A stretch of DNA of 64,000 bases, taken from NCBI GenBank assembly GCA_964016885.1, contig OZ024740.1, positions 292,144,001-292,208,000 on the forward strand. The letters are read 5' to 3'. Made by a program: the position numbers and the translations under genes. The DNA is from Eledone cirrhosa (lineage: Eukaryota). Below the pieces are notes generated by a model. That model saw only the letters and a list, made by a program, of their open reading frames with translations, ran no database searches and had not been told where the DNA came from. Positions 25,459 through 39,501 of this stretch are shown here, one piece after another; position 1 is the stretch's first letter; each line of letters opens with the position of its first letter.

Positions 25459-27239
25459 TCTATATATATATATAACGGAAGATGTCTGTCTGTGTGTGTG
25501 TATGATTTTTATGCATTTCCACATTTCTCTACCGATTTTGATGATTTTTTTCCAATGTGCTCCAAATTTACCAAGGATGGTCAACGAGTAATAAACTTTG
25601 CCAAAAATTTCCTGCTTCTAAAATAAAAATCGATAAAACTAAATACATGCTGTAACCCTCTCTCTTACATGCTTAATTTCTCTCACTACTACCCTAAAAA
25701 ATCTATGAAACCTCATGCATGTTGCAACTCTCTCTATATATATATCACACACACACACATATACATATACATCTAAAGAGAGAAAGGGAGATGTAGAGAG
25801 AGAGAGTGAGATAGGTTGTTATACAGAGAGAGGTACAAGATAATCAGATAGAGAGAGAGAGAGAGAATGGTGACAAACGCTGGTTTACACGCACACACAC
25901 ACAAACACATATATATAAAGACAGAGAGAGAGAGAGAGATCTGCGCGTTCTTTATTGTTCTCCATTCTGTAGAGGAAGAGAGAGAGGGGGTATGAGAAAA
26001 AAGGGAGAGGGTTGAGAAAAAAAGAAAGTTTAAGTAAAGAATCGCTGTTTTCAACTTCTTAAACTAAAAAATTCAATCTGTGATCGCAGAATTAAATACT
26101 TCGAGAAACGTTGCAACCGAAGGAAAACAGGAAGACGATATTTTGATTCGTGAAGATGTTCCGTTGCAATGAACGGAAAAAAAAGCGAGGATAATACGTC
26201 GTTATGTGGACCGAGAAGAACAATTTCATGCAAAGACGAGACCAAGTTTATGGTATAAATGGAGTCGTTAGACTAATATTCTATTTAAAATAACCGAATG
26301 ATTTCCAGCCCCGGAGTTTAAGAATGATGTAAATAAAATTGTAAACGAAAATGACAGAGGTTATTAAAATAGTTGTTTCTACTTTTGGCACAAGGCCAGC
26401 AATTACCCAGTACATTACTGGTACTTTATTTTATCAACCCTGTAAGGATGAAAAGCAAAGTTAACCTCGACGGAATTTTAACTGTACCTTAAAATAGTAA
26501 AAGTAAATAGTGAAGATTTAGGCCAGTACATACGTATGTGCCGACGGACATACACATACATATACATACGCGCACACAAATACATACACACACACACACA
26601 CACACATAACTTCTGGAGTTGGCAACCGATTTTCACAAAACTTGACACATGGGCTACGTTTGTTCTACAGATGAATGTGAAAGGAACTTAACATTGTAAC
26701 TTTAACACAGCTACTGAGCAGCCCCGAGCAACGTCGGGCTTTACTGCTATAGGCGATAAAGTTGTGCAGACAGGTGATATAGGCGTAAAATTGTGCAGGC
26801 AAACAGTCGGGCTGATAGACGATGTAGGCATGCAGACAGACAGTCGTGCAGAGAAGTGATATATAAAGTTGTGCAGACAGACAGTCGTGCAGAGAGGTGA
26901 TGTCCGTCCAATTTCTTTGTTTCAAAATAACTGATAGTTTGGTTACGCTGATGTTTTTTTCTGAGACAAGTGTTGCAGTGTTTACATTTTCGATTTTTGT
27001 TAATAGATTACCAGTGTAGTTTTTATCCCCAGCATCCTCTTTTGTTTTAACATTCGAGTTATGGTTATGTTTTCTTAACTTCTTAAGGTATACTGTTGGT
27101 TGAGGGAATATTAATCAAAAGTACCACATGAAAGTCTACACTGTAAACTCTACAGTTTTTAAGCCAAGAAAGGAACTTAACATTGTAACTTTAACACAGC
27201 TACTGAGCAGCCCCGAGCAACGCTAGGCTCTACTGCTAG
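25459..27239 (+). mobile_element. Composite non-autonomous Helitron with duplicated 3' end
   Basis: TCTATATATATATATAACGGAAGATGTCTGTC start. The 3' module AAGGAACTTAAC...CCCCGAGCAACG occurs at ~26680 (ending CTAT) and ~27170 (ending CTAG|T). Internal sequence is shared with 1890-2620. Confidence 0.75.
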
Positions 27240-27334
27240 TTTTATATAAAAACCTTACATTAAGTTACGATCTTAGTAATGAAATAGTAATTTTAGTAAA
27301 TTCGTAAAAATTGTTTTTAATTAACTCCCACGGG

Positions 27335-27675
27335 AACAAGCCGAAGCTGAAGCATATAGATAATATGCCCCCACTGCAAAGTGGTATGGAGGTGCCACGG
27401 CAAAGTGGTCATGGAGGTGTCACGGCAAAAAAGCACCCAGCCCACACTGTAAAGTGGATGTGTAGGCGCCACGGAAACAAAGCACCCAGCACTCACTGTA
27501 AATGAGGTTGGTGTTAAGAAGGGCATCCAGCTGTAGAAATCAAGCCAGAATCAGTTCCTGTATGAGCAAGGCATGGTCAGCCGACTGGACACTGCCCACA
27601 ACAGGACAACCTGTCTAACCCATGCTAGCGTGGAAGAACGGACGTAAAACGGTGATGATGATGATGATGATGATG
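27335..27675 (+). mobile_element. RTE-3'-derived short element with (ATG)n tail
   Basis: Near-identical reverse complement of 10351-10695. Confidence 0.75.
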
Positions 27676-27995
27676 AATGTGTATTTCATTAGAAATGCTG
27701 TCATGAAAGGGTTAAAAGAAAAGACCTTTGTTGCCAGCAGAGATAAATTTCCTGTACTTCTTCCAACCAGTTCTAATTGCTACTACTACACTTTCAGAAC
27801 ATAAGTCTTCAATAAAGTTTCTGTCTACCAAATTTCACTCAACAAGTTGTGATAGCAGACACTTGCCAAACATGTCATGCAGTGAGATTGAATCTGGAAC
27901 CAGTGTTGTAGAGTAAACTTGAAGCCATGCTACTTATTTAATATCATTAGAAATAATTTTTTATGATGTTAATCTGTTCTGTCAAGGTATATAAT

Positions 27996-27997
<2 letters not shown>

Positions 27998-28038
<41 letters not shown>

Positions 28039-30290
28039 GACCGTTTTACGTCCATTTTTCCACGCTAGCATGGGTTAGACGAGATGTCCTGTTGTGAGCA
28101 ATGCTATGTCAGGTGACCATGTTTTGCTAATAGAGAACTGATTTTGGCTTTGTTTCTACAGCTGGATGCCCTTCCTAACACCAACCTCATTTACAGTGAG
28201 TACTGGGTGCTTTTTGTTGTGATACCTACATGACCACTTTACAGTGTGTGCTGGATGCTTTTTACCATGTCACCATCACAACCACTTTACAGTGTGGGCT
28301 GGGGGCTTCACTGGATGTATACTTCAGCTTGTCTTCATGGGAGATTTGTGGGAGTGGGTGGGGCTGGTACATATACCATCTTCAGTCTGTGCCAATGGGG
28401 AGTCAGGTCTTCTGTATTACTGCATAACACCGAGGTGCAATTGGGCAAGGTTGGCTTTTATCACCTCATCCCAAATCTTCCTGGGTTTCCCCACTTCACA
28501 GCTTCCATTGACTTTGAGTGCTCTACATCTTTTTATACAGCTGCTATCCTTCATACGCATCACATGTCCATACCAATGCGATCTCCTCTCCTGAACACTG
28601 CATCTGATTCCTCTTGCGCCTAGTTTCTCTCTCAGTGTGGTTATGCTTTCCCGTTCACGTATATTACTATTACACATTCATTGGAGCATGCAAGCTTCAT
28701 TCCTTTCCAATCTTCTGCACACGCCACCCAAGACTCACTACCATGCAACATTGCTGTTTGTATGCACGCATCATACAGTCTGCCTTTCATTTTGAGGGAA
28801 ACGCCTTTTGTAGCTAGCAGTGGTAGTAGCTCCCTAAACTTTTTCCATCCCGTTCTTACTCTGGCTACTATACTTTCAGAACACCCACTTCCACTGCTAG
28901 TTTGGTCAGCCAGGTAGCAGAAGCTGTCTACTGTTTCTACCGAGCCTTCCCAGAATTTGACAGTAGTTGTTTCATGTTGTTGTTTGTTGCTTACAGTCCC
29001 GGTGCAACTTCTAGATGTAAAGCCTGTTTTTTTAGCTAAACTTTCTGAGATTCCACTACATATCTTGTGTATCCATAGTTTGCATTTGGGGCAGAGGATG
29101 GAATTTCTACCTACACTTTTCCTACATACTGAACAAGGCCATTTCCCGAAGGGGATCAGGGTTCTGTTTTCTCTTCTACTTACTAGGACCTTAGTTTTTG
29201 TCAGGTTGACTTTAAGATCCCTTGTTTCTAGGCCTTGCTTCCATATTTGGAATTTTTTCTCTAGTTCCGCCATAAATTCTGCTATGAGTGTGAGATCATC
29301 CTTGTACAGGAGTTCCCACGGGCAGCCAGTCTTAAACTCCACAGCTATAGCCTGTAGTGATAAACAGGAGAGGGCTAAGACCTGTACGCTAAATTCCTCG
29401 CTATAGTCATTGTTAATCCTAACTTTACTGACTGCTCCCCTATACATGGCTTGTACAGCCTTCACAAGCCACTCACCTACTCCTAGGTTTCTAAGAGTCC
29501 ACCAGATTATGGCACGGGACACTTTTTCCAGATCGACAAATGCCAGGTAGTGCGGCTTACTTTTAGCTAGGTACTTTTCCTGTAACTGCTTCACCAATCC
29601 GAACTGCATCTCATTTAGATTCACCCGGTCCCTAATCAGCTGACCTGGTCCATCAGCTTGATGACCCTATAGCTTCCTCTATCTAGTGCATCTTCTTTAC
29701 CCTTGTAGCAGTTGACAATGATGCTGCTGCGCAAATCATTTGGTATGACACTATTTAGTATTACTTGGTTTACAGTAAGTGTGGTTAAGGTGTGACCTAC
29801 TGACTCAGATGCTTTCAGCATCTCAGCAACTATTCCCAATGGACCGGCTGATTTCCCGGTCTTCATATCCTCAATAGCCTTACTTACTACACTACCTTGT
29901 ACGGCTGAGCTCTCTGTGGGGGTCCACTTGGGGTGGGATCTCTTTCTCCCATACATTCTCCTCATTCAATAAACTTTCATAATGGCTCTTCCATGCAGCT
30001 TTCTTCTTGGTGCCTGTGAGGGCAACTGCGCCTTTATCATCCCAGGAACACTTCTCAGCAATGATATCGCAATTTTCTCTAATCCACTGCCTCACAATCC
30101 TGAACACCTCCTGTTTCTGATCTTCATGCTGCAAAACATGCTTGAATTTTTTATCCTCAACTTCCCTCCTTGCCAAGTATACTTGTCTAGCTTCCTGCTT
30201 CGTCTCTATATAGTGTACCCTGCTTACCCCATTCTTCCATTGTTTTATGCCTGTCTCTTGGCCCTAATTTTATCCTCTACACACACATGA
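27998..30290 (-). mobile_element. RTE-clade LINE, 5'-truncated and frameshifted, RT with an embedded PHD-like Zn finger
   Basis: KAIEDMKTGKSAGP, YLAFVDLEK, ELLYKDDL, CSVCRKSVGRNSILCPKCKLWIHKICSG, AMLHGSESW, VQERRSHWYGHV; 3' UTR and (ATG)n tail. Confidence 0.9.
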
Positions 30291-30398
30291 AATATCCACG
30301 ATCTCCAGAAGACAACAGATGAAGGGAAATTATCCCCCGTCCGTGCTTTCCTCTTATTTATAAATACACTTTATCCAGCAACCACACAACCCCTGTTT

Positions 30399-30447
<49 letters not shown>

Positions 30448-30889
30448 ATAATAATAAATTTGAAGACTAAAATCCAAAGAGGGCTCGATAAGGATAAATA
30501 TATATCAAATATATAAGAACCGTAGAGCAAATATATATTAAACTTTAATCTGTTATTTTAATAAATATATATATATATAATATATTACACAAAGAGAAGT
30601 GTGTTACACAGTGAGATGTGTGTAAAGAATTATTACAAGTGAGTTTTACCGTTACTGTATAGGGAACAATATCTACAGGTTTAGCAATTAAATAGAAAAA
30701 AACTAAGTCAGAATCAAATCTCTGAATTAGAGTTTTAAATTACCAACCTTATAACTATAAGTTTGCTGATACGAATCTCGCTTCGTTTCACCATTGATAT
30801 TTGAGCTCAGAAGGAAATTCTCTATTCTTCTTTGAGCTAATACTATTATTATTATTACAGTGAACTGCGGAGTACTCTTAATTCCGATC

Positions 30890-33800
30890 TTGCCAGCCGT
30901 AGCGCAGTAAATCGCTTCGACTTCCGCCACCGTTCCAAACGGAATAACATCTCACGGGGCGAACTCCTCGCTCTCCGCTCCCTCCGTAGCCGAGATGACA
31001 TCGTCATCAAACCGGAGAACAAGGGAGGCGCCGTGGTGGTGTGGCGTGCGGACTTTTACACGGCCGAAGCCCTCAGGCAGCTCCGTAACCCCTCTTCTAC
31101 CGCCCTCTACCCTCCGATCCCGCACCCCTCTGCCAACAACAAGTTTCCTCCACCATCCAACACCATACCTCCTCCTCCCTCCTCCTCCTCCCCACCGCTT
31201 CCCACCTCATCGTCCGCACCTCCTGCACCCCCACCATCTACTTCCTCCACAAACTCCACAAACCCGACAACCCCGGCCGCCCCATTGTCTCTGCTTGCAA
31301 CTGCCTCACCGAACTCATCTCCGCCTTTCTTGACTCCATCCTCGCCCCCCTTGTCACCACCCTCCCCTCCCACATCTCCGACACCAACCACGCCCTGCGC
31401 CTTTTCGACTCCTTCACCTTCCCACCCGGCCCACAGCCCTTCCTCTTCACCCTAGATATCAAGTCCCTCTATACCGTCATCCCCCACGCCGACGGCCTAC
31501 GTGCCCTCAAGCACTACCTCGACCTTCGCCCCTCCCCCATCCCCTCCACCCCCACCATCTTTCGCCTCGCCGAGCTGGTCCTCCCCCTCAATTGTTTCTC
31601 CTTCTCGGGTGGGTTTTACCAACAGGTCACGGGAGTAGCCATGGGTACAAGAATGGGCCCAAACTATGCCAACCTTTTTGTTGGCCATGTTGAGGCCCAA
31701 ATCTTTGCCCAGTACACCGGCCCCACACCCGAACTGTACGGTCGTTACATCGACGACTGTATCGGAGCCACGACCCTCACCCGAGAACAGCTCGACTCCT
31801 TTCTCTCCTTCTTCTGCTCCTTCCACCCCTCCCTCCACTTCACCACCTCTATCTCCACCATCCACGTCCACTTCTTAGACATCTCCGTCGCCTTCGACCC
31901 CTCCCACCACTCCCTCGTCACCTCCGCCTTCTTCAAACCCACCGACTCCCACTCCTACCTCGACTTCACTTCTTCCCACCCTACACACACTAAACACTCT
32001 ATTCCCTACTCCCAACTCCTCAGGAGCCGCCGCCTCTGTAGCCGAGATGCTGACTTTGAGTCCCAGGCCCTTTCCCTAGTCAGCCATTTCATCCGCAGAG
32101 GTTACCCCCCCTCTCTCGTCCACACCGCTCTCACCCGCGCCCACCACCCTCCACCACCCTCACCCTACGCCACCGCAAACCCACCCACCGTCTCCCCTTC
32201 CCCATCACCTACCACCCTTCCATCATACCCCTCCACCGCACCACCTCCGCCTCTTCCGACGCCTCCAGTCCGACCCCTCCACCTCCCACATCTTCCCAGC
32301 CCCACTTCAAACGCGCACGCAATCTCCGTACGCTCCTCGTCCACAGCTCCCTACCCCCTAACCCACGCTCCCCCCCCCCGGTTCCCTTCCCTGTTCCAGG
32401 CCCCGTTGCAACACCTGTCCCCACATCACCAACACCACCACCTTCCAGGGTCCCAACGGCCACTCTCTCTCTGTCCGGCACGCCTTCCGCTACACCTCCT
32501 CCAACCTAGTCTATGGACATCGCTGCACGGAGTGCAGCGCAACCTACGTCGGACAGACGGGACGTCGCCTGGCGGACCGGTTTACTGAACACCTCCGAGA
32601 TATTCGTCTCGGTGGTAGTTCCCCCATCGTCCGCCACTTTAGTGCCCCTGGACATTCCGCGCACCACCTCACAGTCTGTGGCCTACTCCAATGCCACGGA
32701 ACACCCGCCACTCTCCTCAGGCTCGAACAACGAACCATCTTCACCCTACAGACCCACACTCCCCCCCGGCCTGAACTCCCCACCGTTATTCCTTTAGCCT
32801 TCGACCGCCCTCCCCCCTCCCCACACACATATCCCCCACTACCACCACTAACACACTCCTCCTTTTCACCGCCCACCCCACAACTAACAATACTAACACC
32901 TCCACTCCACCCCACACCCGACCACCCTTCCCCAACTAACATACTAACATCCCTCCTTGCTTCTCCTCCCCCTCTTCTTATCACACGCTCACACCCACCG
33001 GTACATATATACACACGCTCACACTAAACACACACCCTACTACCACCACTAACCCTCACCCCCACACATCCACCCCACCACCCCGCAACTAACATCACTA
33101 ACACCCCTCCGACCCCACGTACACGAACACACACACCCACTTATACAACCCACTCTACACACCCTACCACCACTGACCCCCACTAACACCCGCATTCAAC
33201 CCTTTCCCCACCACAGTATACTAACACCCACTAACACTCCCTTCACCACACACACACTCATCCAAACACGCACACACACACCAATACACTACACTCCCTC
33301 CACCGGCCCCCACACCTTTCTCTCCCCCTCCCCCTCCCCGCTCCACCCACACCCTTTCTCACACACACACACATCCCACCAACACCTCTACTAATACACA
33401 CACCCTCTCCTCACTCTAACTTTCACACCTACCCATCCTCTCCCCTGTCCACCGCACCTCCGCACACACCGACTTTCTTCCCTTACCATTCTCCCCGACT
33501 GCTGCTATGCCCCCCTGAATCTCTGACCACCTCTCCGCACACACAGACACACAACCACACAGCCCTCCTCCTGCCTTGACCCTCTGACCACTTTCTGTTG
33601 CGCGCGCACCCCACATCTCCCCTCTTCCGACCAACCCAACCACGGATTACACACATTAGACATCGCTCCCAAGAATCAACATCCCAAGGATATTACCCAG
33701 CATTCCACCACATCCTCTACGGAACTACCTTAGGGACTTACCCACGGACATACACTAAAAAAAAAAATTTTTCCCACACGCTACCTACATCCACAACACG

Positions 33801-34396
33801 TATAAACACCACACACACGTGCGTACCACCACATATTTACACACTCAGCCCCCGGAATCCTCTCCCCCCACCCCTCTGACCCTCCCCATCCACACACACA
33901 CACACACCGACCTACACCCCACCCTACACACACCTTTTCCTGAACATGCAAACCCGTTTTTCCCCCAACTCTTACTTTCACATACACACACACTCACACA
34001 CACACACACACACACACACGTACACCTACACACACACAACACCTTCAGCCCTCCCCGCTCGGACACCCCGCCTCCCTCTCCCCACTCCACCCGCCACCAC
34101 CCCTACACGCCCCACACCCTTCCACCACCTGTTTTACTTCATGTTTATTTTTATTTTTATTTTTATTATGCTTTTATATTTAATTTCATTTGTACCGTTT
34201 CCTCTCACCTCCTTTTTTCTATATGTTTCTCCACCACTCCCCTACACACCCTTGGAACTCTCTTTCCACACACTGTTCACCTGAAGAAGGTCTTATGCCC
34301 GAAACGTCGTTCCCCACCACCACCCCACTCTCAAGAGCGTGAAACTAATAAACTTTTGTTCGTACTGCCTCTCTGTTTTGTTCCCGTTCAATTTTT

Positions 34397-34400
<4 letters not shown>
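30890..34400 (+). mobile_element. Penelope-like element (Neptune-type): RT, Zn-linker and GIY-YIG, with long 3' UTR
   Basis: IKPENKGGAVVVW, LDIKSLYT, GVAMGTRMGPNYANLF, RYIDD, KPTDSHSYL, CSRPRCNTC, YVGQTGRRLADRFTEH. Frameshifted; stop at ~32797; hammerhead-like motif at 34281-34308; ends at (TA)n. Confidence 0.9.
34281..34308 (+). ncRNA. Minimal hammerhead-like motif in the PLE 3' end
   Basis: CTGAAGA-A-GGTC-TTAT-GCCC-GAAAC-GTC. The sister copy (42208-42235, minus strand) has a perfect stem II GGGC/GCCC. Confidence 0.6.
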
Positions 34401-34456
<56 letters not shown>

Positions 34457-34794
34457 ATATGTGGTTGATGGCTGAGAGAAAAGAGTACTCAATACTGAAG
34501 TAGATTTTTAATATTCATTTCATTAAGGCTAAATAGTGAGTCTTGTTATTCTGGATACATATACAAACTCCAGAGTGACAAGACTCACTATTTAGCCTTA
34601 ATAAAATGAATATTAAAACTCTACTTCTGTACTGAGTAATCTTTTCTCTCAGCCATCAACCACATATGGATATATATACTGTTGTATCAATCTTAAAGCA
34701 CTGAAACAATGTATCTCTAGCAGTCGACTGATGAGATGGAACTATCTGTATTCATTCATTTTCCTGTCTTCGGCAAATTTTTTATTCACTTATA

Positions 34795-35470
34795 TCATCA
34801 TCATCGTTTGTCCATTTTTCATGCTAGCATGGGTTAGCGGGGTTGTATCATTAGAGGCAAGTCGGGTAAGGTGACCGAGTCTTACTCATATAGAACTGTT
34901 TTTGACTAGATTTCTATGGCTGGATGCCCTTCCTAACGCTAACCACATTTACAGTGTGGGCTGGGTGCTTTTTGCCATGACACCTTCATGACTACTTTAC
35001 AGTGTGGGCTGGATGCTCTTTTGTTGTGATACCTACATAACTTTACTGTGCAAGGGTGGTGTGGAAAGGACTGGGTGGGTGGTTTTGGGGGGCGCTGGAG
35101 GTGTATGGACAGGGGAATAGTAATTAAGAAGTGCTTACTAGATGTATGTTTGAGTCCATGTGCATACATATATATATTTATCTTGGGAATTTTACTCGCC
35201 CTAGATGATATATATATATATATATATATATATAAACATCATAATCGTTTAACGTCCATCTTCCATGCTAGCATGCTTAGGATGGACTGTCTCTGTGTGA
35301 GAGCTAAGGTTGGGGACCGTGATTTGCTCACACAGAACTGGTTTTGGCTTGGTTTTCACAGCTGGATGCCCTTCCTAATGCCAACCATATTTACAGTGTT
35401 TGCTGGGTGCTTTTTGTCATGATACCAACATGACCACTTTACAGTGTGGACTGGGCTCTTTTGTCGTGGC
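34795..35470 (-). mobile_element. Two RTE-3'-derived short elements
   Basis: CATGCTAGCATG and GGATGCCCTTCCTAA motifs at ~34795-35050 and ~35238-35470. Confidence 0.6.
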
Positions 35471-36381
35471 TCCGCGGACGGAGGATCACTTTATGGAGGG
35501 TGTTGGGAAATTGGGAGGTGTGGGAAAGATGCTTGGGGAAATTGGGGACATAGATAGAGGGGTGGGATGATTGCGAGGGAGATTTATGGGAGGGAAGATG
35601 GTAGAGGAAGGTGTTGCCTACTAGATATATGCCTCAGCCAGAGCATATAAGAGGGTGGGTCTCCTGAAGTTTATCCCGGGTTCGTGTATGTTGCTATTGC
35701 ACATCTATCAAAGTATGGAGGTTTCATTTCTTTCCAATCTTATATATATATATATAAGTTTATCCTGGGTTCAATCAGGGGGTAACCATAGTAAGTAAGG
35801 TACTCAATACATAACAGAATATAAATATTTAATATAGAAATGGCTTCTACAGGACTAGAACTGTTTCAGATTTCTCCCGAATGAAATAGTTCTAGTCCTG
35901 TAGAAAAACCACCTTTCGAGTGGTTTTCTGCTAGCATGTGTAGTGTGCATATTGATATACGAAAATATAGGTATGTAGATATGATACATCAAATAAAATC
36001 GTAATTGACAATATACACAGAAATTGAATGAAGACTGCGTTACACTGTCTTATGTAATCAGTAACGTAATCCATGATACATTAAATAAAGATATTATATA
36101 TAAACTGCATTAGGAGAAAATTAGTGACGGAAATATATGAATATTTATTTAAGCGATCGCCACCGGAAGTGTTGACATTTGAAAATTTTAAAGAAGTGAA
36201 TCTTAAAATAAGCAACAAAATTATTTATATTTAATCAAGAATAACGAAATTTAGTAGATAAATTATGTAATATTCATTCATTATTTATTCAATGTAATCC
36301 AACTTATTTTACAAACAGGATAAAAAAATATATTCTGGACGCAGTCCCGCACTCCTTGCTTTATTATAGTTTTTATATATA

Positions 36382-36627
36382 CTAGCAGAATGGCCCGGCG
36401 TTGCTCGGGATTCTAAACATAGATTGGCATGTTTATCCCTCCTTTCTGAAACAGTTTCATCTTATGTTCACCAATTGATGCAGAAGTCCTAATAAAAAGT
36501 GAAGTCGCCTTGGCTGAATAGGCAAATAATTTTCCATTGAAATTTTTCAAAAGCATGTAATTGCGTTCCCTCTCTTTTTTATTGTTGTTTTTGATGGTGT
36601 TGAAAATATTTCGAAAAAAGTTACACA

Positions 36628-36672
<45 letters not shown>

Positions 36673-36899
36673 TTATATATACATATACACACACAGAGAT
36701 AGTGTCATAATGTCGTAATGCAGACAGCCAGACACAGAGACAGATATTATAAGGGCGCGACGTTATAGCTATCTAATGCGGTCCCTAGGGCATTGAAAAT
36801 TTGAAATATTTTTTGCTCAAAACACTCACACGACCATACATATTACATGTGTAAAGTTTGAAAACAATCGGTTGGGTGGTTCTCGAGTTTTAGGGAGTA

Positions 36900-36940
<41 letters not shown>

Positions 36941-38350
36941 TACAGACATTCTCTGTTTTAGATATATAGACTAGCAGAATGGCCCGGCGTTGCTCGGGAT
37001 TCTAAACATAGATTGGCATGTTTATCCCTCCTTTCTGAAACAGTACAGAGAAGTACGGAATACCTCGGCCTGGGGATGGTGTCTACATTTTGTGCTTATA
37101 AAAAAAATTCGTCGTAGATAACCAGGGGTTTAACTTAATTGGGTGCCTGAGAGTAAAATGTTCAACCCACGACAGCCAAGACGATAGGGTTAAGTAAAAA
37201 GGCATTCAACAAACCGAACATGTATTTGTTGTGCTATGGTACAGTGAAAGCAATAGTTACAGAGCAGTAATCATGTGGGACTGCAGTGGTGGAGAGCATG
37301 AAGGAATTTAGTTGGATACCTTTAAGGTTACAGGCCCTAACGTAACCAAAATGCTAAACAATGCGGTCCCCGGGCAAACATTTGAAATCTTTTTCAGTCA
37401 AGAAAATTTGTGAAACATAAGTGATGCATATGCAAAGTTAAAAAAATCGGTTGGGTACTTCTCGAGTTACAGACCCTAACACAACCAAAATGCTTTTAAA
37501 GATGGGTTTTTCGTTTAATGCGGTACATGGGGCAAAAAATGAGAAAATCTTTTTCGCTCAAAATACTTTAAACGACATAAGTAATGCAAATTTTGAAGAA
37601 ATCGATTGGATTATTGTTCCGTTATGCCTCAAAAAAGCCTTTAAAGCTAAAAATATGCGGTTTTTCGCCTAATGCGGTGCCTAGGGCATTGAAAATTTGA
37701 AATATTTTTTTATGAAAACATTCACACGACCATAAGTATTACATGTGTAAAGTTTGAAAATATCGGTTGGGTGGTTCTCGTGTTTTAGGGAGTCAGATAG
37801 ACAGACAGACAGACATTCTCTGCTTTAGATATATACTAGCAGTGGTACTCGGCGTTGCACAGGATAAGGTATTCTGGAACGCGGGCCGACAACAGACCTA
37901 ATCGTGGAAAAACTGCATGCCTGGAGAATATGTAAAGAAAATAAACCGAATACTCTGATGGCTGGGTAATCTTTAAGATTTTCCTCGGTGAAGCAGGAAA
38001 AATGCAGGTTTTCACCTAATGAAATCCGGGCCCTAGGCCATAAAACGTTGGATTTTCTTTACTTACGGTATGAAGAAGAGACTGACTAATACATAGTTAC
38101 AATTTCAAGGAAATCGGTCTGACGTAACGCCTCAAAAAACCCTAAAAAGCTTTAAAAACGCAGCTTTTCACCTAATGCGGGCCCTAGGAGATAAAAAAAA
38201 AAGTTGAATGTTTTATGTGCATAACACTCCCTGAAACATAAGTAATACACATGTAAAGTTTGAACAAAATCTGTCGGGTACTTCTCGAGTTTTAGGGATT
38301 CAAACTCACAGATACACGCACACAGAGACATCCTCAGTTTTATATATATA
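36382..38350 (-). mobile_element. Array of three head-to-tail non-autonomous Helitrons
   Basis: 3' CTAG termini (reverse complement) at 36382, 36971 and 37836; (GACA)n near the 5' ends of the first two units; junction TATAGA|CTAG at 36970/36971. Confidence 0.85.
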
Positions 38351-38653
38351 TATCGTCACTTTCTCCCTGTTTTCATATATATATATATATATATCAGTGG
38401 CGAACGGTAACCTGGAAATAGGGCATGCAGTCCAATCGCCATGGCGGAAAGTGGGGCCGGGCAGCCTCACCCCCCCCCCCCCCCCACACACACACACAAT
38501 TCCCTCTAAATGACCCTCCCGGTCAAAGCCGCATGTAGTGTTATCTAGTGTGTGTGTGTTGTCTTTTTATGTGTCTACGATTTAGTAAGCAGTCAAAATT
38601 CTGCTTGCCCCAAAGCTGTCGTGTGTTTGTGTGTATGTGTTTGTTTATGCGTG

Positions 38654-38772
<119 letters not shown>

Positions 38773-38929
38773 ATACGTCCGTACGAAGCTAAGAAGAAAT
38801 GTGTGTGTATATGTGAGTTTAAAGAGTGTGAGTACATGTAAGTACGAAGCTATGAGCAAAAGTATGTTAATATAGAGGTGTGTATGTGTGTATACAGAGC
38901 AGTGAAGGGAAAAGTGGAGTGAACATATA

Positions 38930-39293
38930 TAGTCGGCCTCTATTCGTTCCTTCCGCATCCTCTCTTCTGACCCGGTCACTTTTCGCTTTTTTCCAAACCC
39001 ACCCATTACTGCTTTTAAGCGCGCCCGCAACATCCGCGACCTCCTGGTTCGCAGTTCCTTCTCGTCCCCTCCCACGACTCCACCCGGCTCTCATCCTTGT
39101 TCCCATTCCCGCTTCAACACTTGTCCCTTCATTTCCACACTCACCACTCTTACAGGCCCTAACGGGTCTTTCCGTAACCGCCACTCGTTCACCTGCACAT
39201 CCACCCACGTTGTCTAAGCCCTCCGGTGTTCCCTTTGCGGATCTTTATATATTGGACAAACGGGTCGCCGTATGGCGGACCGTTTTGCCGAGC
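38930..39293 (+). mobile_element. Neptune-type PLE linker/GIY-YIG fragment
   Basis: PPITAFKRARNIRDLLVRS...PCSHSRFNTCPFI...FTCTSTHVV...CSLCGSLYIGQTGRRMADRFAEH. Confidence 0.8.
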
Positions 39294-39461
39294 ATATATA
39301 TATATAGGTATATATATAAATTAATATATACGTAAACTGGATACAGACCTCCTCGGTTTGTTTGGGATATCAGTGGCCCCATTTCAATACTAACTTGGTC
39401 TATGTAGAACTGTCCTACCCTTGCCAGCAGGCAAGGTGGACATTAAATAATGATGATGATG

Positions 39462-39501
<40 letters not shown>

